Shown piece after piece: positions 53,642 to 64,000 of a DNA stretch of 64,000 nucleotides (positions are counted from its first letter, which is position 1; every line of letters starts with the position of its first letter). A program made the position numbers and the translations under genes. The notes beneath the pieces were generated by a model that was not told the DNA's origin, did not search any database, and saw nothing but the letters and a program-made list of their open reading frames with translations. The DNA is from Caecitellus pseudoparvulus (taxonomy: Eukaryota; Protista; Bigyra: Bicosoecida), in the NCBI GenBank assembly GCA_965644315.1, contig CBFFRQ010000057.1, forward strand, positions 558,001 through 622,000, in the 5' to 3' direction.

Positions 53642-56600
53642 TTATGCAGACTTCGGGTTCGCTGCCAGCATGCTGCTCAGGTCTGCCTGCTTGCCACCAG
53701 GCGGGGGAGGTGCCACAGCCGCACTCTTGGTCTTCGAGACTTCTTGGGCAGGTGTTTGTGGGGGGGCGGGCGTGGGTGCTGGCACTGGCGCTGGTGGGGC
53801 CTCGCCATGGATGACCCAAGGCTTCCCGTGCCCCTTTTCGCGGCTGCCGAGCTGCATCACTTTGCGCTGCACACTGGCGGCCGTGGTGCCCGGGAACGCG
53901 GAGCCTGGGCCGTCCAGCCACAGCTTCGAAATCTTGTCGGCAGGTCGAGGGTTGCTGCGCATGATGTCCTTGAGGCTGGCCTCAGCCTCTGCCTCCGCCG
54001 GGAACTCACTCACGCGGGAAGGCGGCGGCGGTGGCTGGGGTGACTCGCCCCGCAACACCCGCTGCAACACAGCCCGGCCGACGCCCCACATGCGCTCAGG
54101 AGCGAGGTTGGGGAAGGAGAACTGCCGAATGCTGCTGGTCGTGCCTGTGGGCGCCTGCTTGTACTGCACAACTTCGGAGGGAGGGGCGTACGCGGGCACC
54201 GACATGCACATGGGCTTCACCAGGGGGGCGATGACTGCTGCTGCCTTGTTTCCGTTGCTGGCGTGGGCATGCACGTCATGCACCACTCCGAACTGTAGAG
54301 CTTGCCTGCCGCCTGCCGAGCCGACACCCGCCCCATCGGCGGAGCTTGCGGCGGCGATGGTGGCTGCCAGACCCTCCAGGTTGCGCTGCCGCTTGCCGGG
54401 AGACAGGGGAGGTGACGCGCCTTCCCTGCCACGCTTCACACCTCCCATTGGCGGTTCGCTCGGTGGGCCAGCCGTGTCGTGTTCAGGCTGAGCCCCCGCC
54501 TCGTACTCTAGCTCTGTCTCGGGGCACAAGAAGGCTTCTGAGTAGTCGTACCCGGCCACCCTGTCGGGATTCTGTGGCGCAGCCAAGGGAGGAGCCTCGT
54601 CCTCCTCCTCGGACCCGTCTGAGTCGTTCACATCCTCCCCTTCCACATCGTCGTCACTCTCCCACTCTGCATCGCTGTCCACGGTGTACTCCATCAGTCG
54701 GGTGTCAGCCGCAAAAGGTCGGCGGGGACCCAGAGGCCCCACCCGTGCCATCACTGACGGCAGGCGCGGGTCCAGGAGGTAAGCTGGGCTGCCATCCTGC
54801 AACGTGGCGGGGCAGGCGCCGGGGGCAATGAGGGGGCGCATGGGCTGGTCACTGGACACGACGTCACGCCTGCTCCACGTTCCCCAGAACGACGGCCGGC
54901 GGTTCCCGTCGAAGTGCAGCAGCTTCGGCTTGCTGAAGTGGGCCGGGACCAGCAGAGTGAGGGAATCGCCTGGCAGCTTCACGGCGCCGTGTGTACCAGC
55001 ATCCGCCATGGCACTGCCGCCTGCCCAGGCATGGGGAATGGGTTCCTCCCCATCCACAGACCCCGCGGGAATGGTGGAAGGCGGCTGCCGGTGGTCATCT
55101 GCCGTGCCGCGCCCGGGGGCACCCGCCAGCACAGACTCCAGCTGGGCTTGTGTCGCTCGGAAGCGCTTGCGCCGCCATGCACGCGCCGCAGCACGACGTG
55201 TCGCAGCTGCCTTCTTGACGAACTCAGTCAGGAGCTTCTTGCTCTCCTGTGCTGCCTGTTCAGCTGCCAACTGCCCCACGCGGGCCATCTCAGCGTCCAG
55301 TGCCTCTGATTGCTTGGCTACTTCAGACGACGGCACCAACGGCTGCAGCGCCGATCCTGAGGCAGTGGAGGTTGTTGGGGGGGCAGCTGCCGTGACTCCA
55401 ATTGCTTCTGCTTCTGCCTTGGCCTTGGACTCCTTGCCCTTCGCGGGGCTGGCATGGAAAAAGGACGAGAAGAGCTGCTTGGAGGCCGCTGTGACGCCCT
55501 TCTTGGCCTCCTTGGCTGCCTCCTTGGCTGCGGCTTCCTCGACCTCCGCCAGGGCCTTGGCCTTGGCCTCCTTCACGCGAGCGACGGCCTCCTGGACGGC
55601 TGTGGCACACTGCTCGCGCTTGGCCTGCTCGGCACTCTGCCGGGACAGCACATCTGCCATGCAAGCAGTGATCTTCGCCGATGCTTGGGCCACTTTGGCT
55701 GGCACACCGCACAACTCGACAACCACCTTGCTCATGGCGCGCAGTGTCGCTGTGGCGGCCGAGAAGACGCTCGTCACCAGCTGGGCTCGCTTCTGGGCGA
55801 CCTTGTCCCCAGCTGTGGCAAGGGTCAGCAGGCGGCTCTGTGCCTTCCACAGGTGCAGCTGCACCGGGACCGTGGCCACCGGGGCAGTGCTGGGCAATGG
55901 CCCTGCCTTGGGCAACTTCACTGCCACGCTCGCCAGGCTCAAGGCGCTGTGCACCGCCTGCTTCACTTGTCCCTGTGTGAAGACATCCCCCAACTTGGGG
56001 CAACGCAGCGAGGCATGGACATGGCCCACCAAAACCTCCTCGCTCTGGCTGGACCCATGCCCGAGCAGCACTGCCACGCGGGACAGGCTCACATCGCGCA
56101 GGAGGGGGTCCGCCCCCGCCACCCTCGCCTCGCTGATCGCTTGCTGGGCCAAGTCTGTCTCCGCCAACAGTCCTGGCGCGCCCTCTCCGGCGCCGAACTC
56201 GCTCCTCAGGCTGTCCACAACCTGCCAGGCATTCGTGTGCCAGGTAGGCAAGCGATCATCCACCGGTTCTGCGGGTGCAGGCGCTTGTGGCTCTGGCATC
56301 GCGGCGGGTGGCGGCGGGTCCGCTCCCGGGGCCGGTCCGACGCTCCCTGTGTCACCAAGCACAGCCGGTGGCGTGATGTCGACTGGGAGTCCCAAGGCAA
56401 GCAGCACAGACCTGCGCATGAGCCACACTTTGCCCCCTGGCAGCTTGCGCTGCACCGCCGTGGCGGTGAGGGTCTTGCGCAAGGCCACTTTGGTACACGA
56501 CGGCAGTTGCAGCGCCAATTCGTCCACGAGGCGTTTCTTCGTCGCCTGTCGCCCATGTACAACGTTGCAGAAGATTGCCATATTGGCCGTGGGGATGTGC

Positions 56601-58009
56601 CACTGCACAGGTTCCGTCGCTGGCACCACCAGGGCAGCGCCTGGCTCCTCGGCGCTGCCTGCCTGGCTAGGCGTCGGGAGCTTCGTGGGTCTCCGTGACA
56701 CAGTAGGCGCCGGGAAAATGCTCACAATATGGCCATTTAAGGGTGTGCCCTCCGCGCTTTGAACACCATCACCACCCGTTGCTGCTGCGGCTGCTGCCTG
56801 GCGCGAGGGTGTCAGATCGGGGGAAGGGGTTCTGGGTGCGTCGCCCTGCTGCCCGGAAGCCTGGTGCTGATCAAGCGGCGCAGACGCCGACTCTAAACTG
56901 CACAGGCTCGCCGTGGCAGGCTCCTCTGGGCTATGAGGGGCGTGTGCGGCGACTCCATCGCCTTCCTCTGGCCCGCCCTCAAGCGAACTTGGCGGAGAGG
57001 CTGGGACTACAGGAGCGGCCTGTGTGGACGTGTCCACGGCGGCTGGGGAAGGCGGGGCGTCTCCTTGGACAGCTTCGCTCGCTTCGCCCGTCGCCGCTTC
57101 GGGTGCCGGAGGTGCGCCATGCGTGGGCAGGCTGGGCTGGCCGCTCAACACGTCAGGAGACAGCATTTCAAAGGCGCTGCCCGGCACGCCCGGCATGCCC
57201 TGCAGCGCAAACAGCACTCTTGCGTCTCGTAAGCCAAAGGCTGACTTGCCTGCAACGCTTTCAACCACGGGCGCACCCCGGGCCGCCAACATCTCGACAG
57301 CCTGCTCCACGCTCTCGGCAACCACGGGCTTGTCTGCCTCATCCTCGACAAGCACGCAGAACTGCAAGCCCGGCTGTGCTTCGCCAGACACACGCACTTC
57401 CAGAGTATACTGGGTTGCTCTGCCTGAGTGAGCATAGCTGGGCCCCGTCCAGATGGCTCTGCACGAGAGGTGCAGTGGGCTGTGTCGCAAGGCGGCCAGC
57501 CGGGAAACGGGAGTGCAAACTCACTTGAAGCCGGGTGGAAAGATCGACTTTTCCGTGACAAAAGGTGCGCCAATGCTGGGAAGATCACCCAGGCACACGA
57601 CATGCAAGTCATCGGCCAGCTTGGTGTTTGGCGCAAATGCTTGCAAGGCCTTCAAAAGGATAGCGCACCGGAGAAGTGAGAGAGCTGCAGCTGAAACAAG
57701 ACGGATGGGGCGAGCACTCACCTGCTGGGATTGCGCATAAATGGGGTTCGTTTGGCTGCCTTGCGTCATGACAGAGCTGTCAGGTGAGACAGAGGCTGCC
57801 TTGCTTTGCGTTCGACGTGCCGTGATCCCAGAGCTCAAAGCCGCTGCAGCTTGGGGGTCTGCACCCGAACTGGAGGACGACGCTGGGGCGCCTTGCGGCT
57901 GCTTGGGAGAGGTGTTCTTAGGCTTCACCTTCAGGAAGCTGAGAAGGCCCGTTTGCTTGGGCGTCTGCGGAGCCACGGCGGCTTCACGTGTGTCTGGCCG
58001 TTGTGGCAT
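53642..58009 (-). CDS. CHAF1A: Chromatin assembly factor 1 large subunit (p150/Cac1/FAS1)-like protein with an N-terminal FYR (FYRN/FYRC) domain; spliced
   Basis: CAF1A core: KLLHFDGNRRPSFWGTWS..PRRPFAAD..EYTVDSDAEWE..EGEDV, then an acidic ED tract. PIP-like QTGLLSFL and KQLFSSFF. FYR-like LHVVCLG...SIFPPGFK..YTLEV...FGLRDARVLFALQGMPG. Confidence 0.8.
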
Positions 58010-58537
58010 GGCATTTGAATGCTGACACAATCACGCACGCTGAGTGCCATGGGGCTTGAAGAGGGCTGCAGCTGCACAAAATCGCGGCTGAAGCGTTAAA
58101 TTGTTTGGATATACAAACAAACCTCCGCGGGGGGAGCTGTGCAACGAGCTGGGGAAACAAAGGCTGCACAACCCACAGCAACTCAAATTCCGCCACTGCA
58201 GTGGCTGCAGGGGAGGGTCGCCACGCGTTGAATCGGGGACGCAGGCAGGCCTGCAAGCATGTGGGCACTTTAGCAGTACGGTGTGCACTTGCTGTGAGTT
58301 TTGGAGTGGGGCGGTCCTCCACTGATCCCGCCTTGCGTGCGCAGTCGCTGGCTCTGCCTGGCGTGAGTGGCCCAACACGGCAAGCCTGGTGAGAAGGTGG
58401 GCACCGCGCACGCCCTCTCAGCAGAGAGTGGCAAAATCAAAGCCTGCTAAACCCCCTGAGTCTTCTCTCTCGCCGCTCACCGTGATACGCCGCCGCCCGA
58501 AGTTTCGACCAGAAGCTGCCGCTGCGGTGTGCGGAAA

Positions 58538-60541
58538 ATGGGGTGTGTGCACAGCACTGGAGTTGCGCCAGCGCCAGGCGTGGGAGTTGACGTTGGCGCA
58601 TCCAGCTCAGAGTCACCAGAGGTTGCGCATGGCGATGATCCTGTAGAGAGTGAGATCTCTGCAGCAGCGCCAACTCCAAGCCCACAAGACGCAGAGCACG
58701 GTCGGAGCGGTTTGTCCGAAGCCGCGGCGACCATGCGTGTGCAGGAGGCAGTCGCAGAGTCCAGCGCTCCCCGCTTGGGCCAGGCGACAAAGGGGGAGAC
58801 CGTGGACCCATCCCCATCTCACAGCACAGATGATGTGGGCAGTGCTGCGGCAGCTGCAGGCGGGCGTGCAGGCGCCCCCCGCACTGGCGATTCCTCCACA
58901 GACAAGGCTGCCGCGGGGAGGCGGCTGCCGCCCACCTCCCGCCGCTTCAAGTCGCGCGCAGTGCTGAGCGAGGAGGACGCAGACCCCCTCGTGTTTGACA
59001 CACAGTCGCGGCTGTGGATCCCCAGTCGGAAACACCTGCCCCCCAGCGCCTCCATGCGGCACATGGAGGCGCCTTCAGAGGAGCGCCAGGCGCTGCTCCG
59101 CACCCAGAGCAAGCTGGAGGTGGTGCAGGATGAGGCGGGGCGTAAGATCGTGAACCAGTACGCGCTGTTCGAGATCGTGGGCCGTGGCGCCTTCGGCAAG
59201 GTGCGGCGGTGCGTCAGCATCAACTCAGGCAACACGTACGCCGCCAAGGTCATGCGCAAGTCAGCCTTGAAGCGCAGGCGGGTGGGGCGCTTCTCCACGG
59301 CGCTGGCCCACGCCCAGCGCGAAGTGGCCCTGTGGAAGAAGATGCGCCACCCGCACCTCGTCTCCCTCCACGACGTCATCGACGACCCACAGCAGGACCG
59401 GCTGTACCTGGTGTCTGACTTCGTCAACGGCGGCAGCCTGCTGCCCCTGGCGCCCAAGCAGACCACATGGCCCGCCTTGCAGCCCCACGTCGTGCAGTAC
59501 TTTGCGGGGCAGCTGTTCGCGGCGCTGGCATACCTGCACTCCTGCGGCATCGCCCACCGCGACATCAAGCCCGAGAACATCCTAGTGCAGGCACAGACCT
59601 CCACTGCAGCTGTCATTCGGCCCTGGGCGCAGGTGCTGGCGCCTCCTGCGGCACCCGTCGTCGCAACGCCCCACGCCGAGTCAGGGGAGTGTGACTCGTC
59701 CGACAGTGAGGAGTTCCGCGCCACTGCCCCTGTCGTGCGCCTCAGCATGCGCACGCAGCAGAAACTGGACGACGCGGCGCCAGACAAGCTGGCGGCAGCT
59801 GTGTTGCGCAGCCAGGCCGGTGAGGGGGCGGACCCGCCCACAGTGGCGGCGGAGGCGGCGGCTGGGGCTGGTGTGGTTGGCACGCCGCCACGCCAGCCTG
59901 GGCCCATGGCCGCCCCACCCCTCACTGCCTTTACGCTGAAGCTGGCGGACTTCGGGCTGGCCCAGGTGTTTGACGACGGGGACGACCGCACCCGCAGCAC
60001 GGCAGGCACAGCCGCCTTCGTGGCGCCAGAGATGGTGTCGGAGGCGGGGCGCAAGGAGGGCTTCTCCGCCACCAAGGCGGACATGTGGGCTGTGGGCGTG
60101 ACCCTGTACATGGTGCTATTTGGGCGCATGCCCTTCGCGGGGGACACCCTGCCCGCACTGTACGAGGCAGTGCAGGGCACGGAGCCCCCCATGCCTCCCC
60201 CCTCCTTCAGCGGCCCACCCCCGCTCCCCGAAGCGCTGGACCTCCTGCGTGCCCTGCTGCAGAAGGACCCCGCCTTGCGTCCGAATGCTGATGAGTGTGT
60301 GCGGCACGCGTTCGTGGGGGGGGCGCAGGGGGCGGCAGCGGTGGCGGGGACTGCGGTGCAGGTCACGGAGGAGGAGGTGGCTACCGCCATCACCCCCCTC
60401 GTCACCATCCGGGGCGTAGTCAAGGCCAAGGTGGCGACGGGGGCCATCTTGCGAAAGGTGCGCCACCGCCTCTCGCTGGCCTTCACGTCCTCCTCCTCCT
60501 CCTCCGCGGAGATTCCGCCTGAAGAAGTGCAGCGTTTGTGA
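58538..60541 (+). CDS. CaMKK/GRIK/Sak1-like Ser/Thr protein kinase
   Basis: VNQYALFEIVGRGAFGKV, YAAKVM, REVALWKKMRHPHLVSLHDVIDDP..LYLV, HRDIKPENIL, DFG, TAGTAAFVAPE, DMWAVGVTLY. N-terminal MGCVHS. Confidence 0.88.
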   Translation: MGCVHSTGVAPAPGVGVDVGASSSESPEVAHGDDPVESEISAAAPTPSPQDAEHGRSGLSEAAATMRVQEAVAESSAPRLGQATKGETVDPSPSHSTDDVGSAAAAAGGRAGAPRTGDSSTDKAAAGRRLPPTSRRFKSRAVLSEEDADPLVFDTQSRLWIPSRKHLPPSASMRHMEAPSEERQALLRTQSKLEVVQDEAGRKIVNQYALFEIVGRGAFGKVRRCVSINSGNTYAAKVMRKSALKRRRVGRFSTALAHAQREVALWKKMRHPHLVSLHDVIDDPQQDRLYLVSDFVNGGSLLPLAPKQTTWPALQPHVVQYFAGQLFAALAYLHSCGIAHRDIKPENILVQAQTSTAAVIRPWAQVLAPPAAPVVATPHAESGECDSSDSEEFRATAPVVRLSMRTQQKLDDAAPDKLAAAVLRSQAGEGADPPTVAAEAAAGAGVVGTPPRQPGPMAAPPLTAFTLKLADFGLAQVFDDGDDRTRSTAGTAAFVAPEMVSEAGRKEGFSATKADMWAVGVTLYMVLFGRMPFAGDTLPALYEAVQGTEPPMPPPSFSGPPPLPEALDLLRALLQKDPALRPNADECVRHAFVGGAQGAAAVAGTAVQVTEEEVATAITPLVTIRGVVKAKVATGAILRKVRHRLSLAFTSSSSSSAEIPPEEVQRL

Positions 60542-60792
60542 GCATGGGCGTGTCGGGCTTGGCTGGCGTCAGGCAGAGCCTGGGGCAGGCCACACGAGGG
60601 TGGGCACCTGCCTGAACCCTGTCTGATTGTCGATGAATGCACGTTGTCAAGGAAGGCGGGATGGCCATGGAAGTTCGCAGGGGTGCAGGCCACCGCGCAC
60701 CAGCCGCTTGGCAGGCCAGTTGGCCCCTTCTCAGTTGGGCTACCCCCCCTCCATGCACTTGACGCAAAGCGACCGAATAGCCACGGGAATGA

Positions 60793-62106
<1,314 letters not shown>

Positions 62107-62178
62107 AGCCGCCGCAGACGCTGGCCGTGCCCCAATGCATTCCGTGTTCCGGTGCGGGCTTCCCTTGCCACTGAGCTC

Positions 62179-64000
62179 TCAACCGCGAGCGGGGGGGGTG
62201 CTGTGCCCTTGCTGCTCCTGGTCCTGCAGCCCTAAGGAGCCAAGCTCCCCGTCCGGCACCAGCCCCAGCCCCAGCGCACCCCCAAACCCACCGCCACCCT
62301 CCATGCGCCCAGGCGAGCCGGCAGCAGCAGCACTGCTGGAGCTGGACTTGTCTGCATGTGGGGGGGGCGTGGCACCCCACAGTCCCTCTGCCAGGGTGCC
62401 ACCTGGGGAATAGGCGCCCAGGGAGTCGCCGAAGGAATCCTTCATAGCTGCGCCAGCTGGCCCTGCATCAGTGACGCCCCGGGAGACGCCAGGCACAGGC
62501 ATGCCCTGCCCCTGCAGCGCCACCATGGAGCCCTGCAGGCCCGACAGCGGCGACCCGAAGCCCAGCGCTGCAGAGGTTGACAGCGCAGGCTCCCCACTGC
62601 TGGCTGGCGTCGCGTAGCTGGCGGAGAAGGTGCCCCAGGGGGCGGCGGAGCTGGCTGCGGCGTCGTCCCCAGGTGAGCTGCCCCACTGCATGGGCGCTGG
62701 CACCCCTGCAAACGGCACTGGCGGCTGTGGCTGCTGTGGAAACACGCTAGCGTGTGGCATCATGCCGTGCGTGGGGTGGGCCATGGGGAAGGGCATGCCG
62801 TGGGTGGGCATGGGCATGCCTGCCGCTGGGAAGGGCGCGGGCATGCCCATGCCAGGGTATCCCTGCCCCTGCATGGGGAAGGGCATGGGCATGCCAAATG
62901 GCCCACCTGCACTGCCGATGATGGTCTCCCCCTCCGGCTCCTCCTCCTCTGCGTCAGCTGAGCCAAGGCGGGAAGTGGCTTGGGGCGTCAACCCCGCCAC
63001 TGGCAGCTGGTCCCCCCGCACAATGCCTGTTGGGCGTGTGTTGCCAGCAATGGCAGCCACACGGCGGGGGCCGTGAGAGCCTGTCGTGCGCCTGCCCGTC
63101 GCCTCCACGTCCACAAGGCGCCTGCCGCTGACGTTGCGTGCGGAAGTGCGGCCTTGAGCTGGGCGGCCGCCCCGGCCCCGCCGTGGACGCCGGGAAGCAG
63201 ACCCTGCATGGGCTTGGGGCGCTTTGCCTCGTGGGGCAGGCTGGACACGGGCCGCCTCCGACTCCTCGCCCGCCTCCTCAGCCTTAGGAGAGACACCCTC
63301 CATGCCAGCTTCCAGCACCGCTGCCTGCTGAGGAGCTGATGGTGGCTGTGCCTCGGGCTGGCCTGGTCCGAAACGCATCACAGTGCGCGTAGAGACCGCC
63401 GCGTCAGTGCCCTGTGCATCTGCCGCACCACCCTCTGTCCCCCCCGATCCGCCTACCTGTGCCTTGGGCTTGACGAAGCCACCAGCCTTGCGGGGGCGCT
63501 TGGGACGCTGCTTCCCTCCAGATCGCTTGGAACCCTTGCGCTGGGCCGCGGCGGCAGCCACCAGGGCAGCAGTGGCCGGGGCTGTCGTGCCGGGCGCAGC
63601 GGGGCTGGAGGGTGCAGCAGGTGGGGGTGCACTGGCGGCGGAGGGTGCCTCTGCACCCTTGGCGCTGTCGTGCTGGGCAGCATCCTCGCCGCCGGATGCC
63701 ACGTAACGGCTGGAGCCCGGCGCGGCGTGCACCTCCACACCAGGCGTGTCGGCCAACACCCGAAGCAAGGCAGCCACCTTGCCGATGCGCTTGGCTGCGG
63801 CCAGCACAGCAGGCACGGCGGGGACGGCGGGGGCGTCCAGGGGCTGGGCCCGCCCCAGGGCCGGCACGAGCCCCTCCAGTCCGCCGAGGAACACCTTGCC
63901 AGGCGCAGAGCCTGGGAGGACCAGGGCATCGTAGCAGCCGGTGAGGGGCAGGAACCCACGCAGGTCTGCCTCCTCAGGCAATGCAACGTCTTCCCATGCC
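62179..64000 (-). CDS. 3' part of an unknown protein extending beyond the window; NLS-like basic patch and Met/Pro/Gly-rich low-complexity tail
   Basis: A 600-aa ORF is open to near the window edge, with KRPKRPRK and GMPMPFPMQGQGYPGMGMPAPF. No family recognised. Confidence 0.5.
   Translation of the reverse strand, partial: AWEDVALPEEADLRGFLPLTGCYDALVLPGSAPGKVFLGGLEGLVPALGRAQPLDAPAVPAVPAVLAAAKRIGKVAALLRVLADTPGVEVHAAPGSSRYVASGGEDAAQHDSAKGAEAPSAASAPPPAAPSSPAAPGTTAPATAALVAAAAAQRKGSKRSGGKQRPKRPRKAGGFVKPKAQVGGSGGTEGGAADAQGTDAAVSTRTVMRFGPGQPEAQPPSAPQQAAVLEAGMEGVSPKAEEAGEESEAARVQPAPRGKAPQAHAGSASRRPRRGRGGRPAQGRTSARNVSGRRLVDVEATGRRTTGSHGPRRVAAIAGNTRPTGIVRGDQLPVAGLTPQATSRLGSADAEEEEPEGETIIGSAGGPFGMPMPFPMQGQGYPGMGMPAPFPAAGMPMPTHGMPFPMAHPTHGMMPHASVFPQQPQPPVPFAGVPAPMQWGSSPGDDAAASSAAPWGTFSASYATPASSGEPALSTSAALGFGSPLSGLQGSMVALQGQGMPVPGVSRGVTDAGPAGAAMKDSFGDSLGAYSPGGTLAEGLWGATPPPHADKSSSSSAAAAGSPGRMEGGGGFGGALGLGLVPDGELGSLGLQDQEQQGHSTPPARG

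Noticed and set aside
961-58009. Functional cluster of chromosome and cytoskeleton genes (CLASP, WAPL, CAF-1, prefoldin, AIR9-like)
   Set aside because: They are interspersed with unrelated metabolic genes and no shared regulatory motif is evident, so a chance neighbourhood is sufficient.

Overview
This is a gene-dense, GC-rich eukaryotic nuclear window with short GT-AG introns (about 57-105 nt) and very small intergenic gaps. The gene content (ion-transport/adenylate-cyclase fusion, TmcB-like PAS protein, PurC-PurE fusion, GapC with a GGKDWR S-loop, flagellar-type proteins) suggests a flagellated protist, probably a stramenopile; this is inference. About 19 genes can be read: CLASP, WAPL, MRM2/FtsJ, a voltage-sensor cyclase-like protein, a 2767-aa coiled-coil protein with 112 x 42-bp repeats, a DOMON-DOMON-cytochrome b561-cytochrome b5-FAD/NAD(P)H reductase fusion, SAICAR synthetase with a degenerate PurE domain, two tandem Cys-rich type I membrane paralogs, fRMsr, a PRKCSH-domain protein, a C2orf81-like protein, PEX7, a TmcB-like protein, an AIR9-like Ig protein, prefoldin 2, CAF-1 p150 with an FYR domain, a CaMKK-like kinase, GAPDH and a partial unknown gene. 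The best candidate for an undescribed system is the roughly 1620-aa single-chain trans-membrane electron wire (FAD plus up to five hemes). Next are the tandem surface proteins with equal-length hypervariable cassettes, two apparent pseudo-enzymes, and the two-letter coiled-coil repeat array. I saw no RNA genes, CRISPR arrays or mobile elements. All family calls come from motif recognition by eye, not from database searches.
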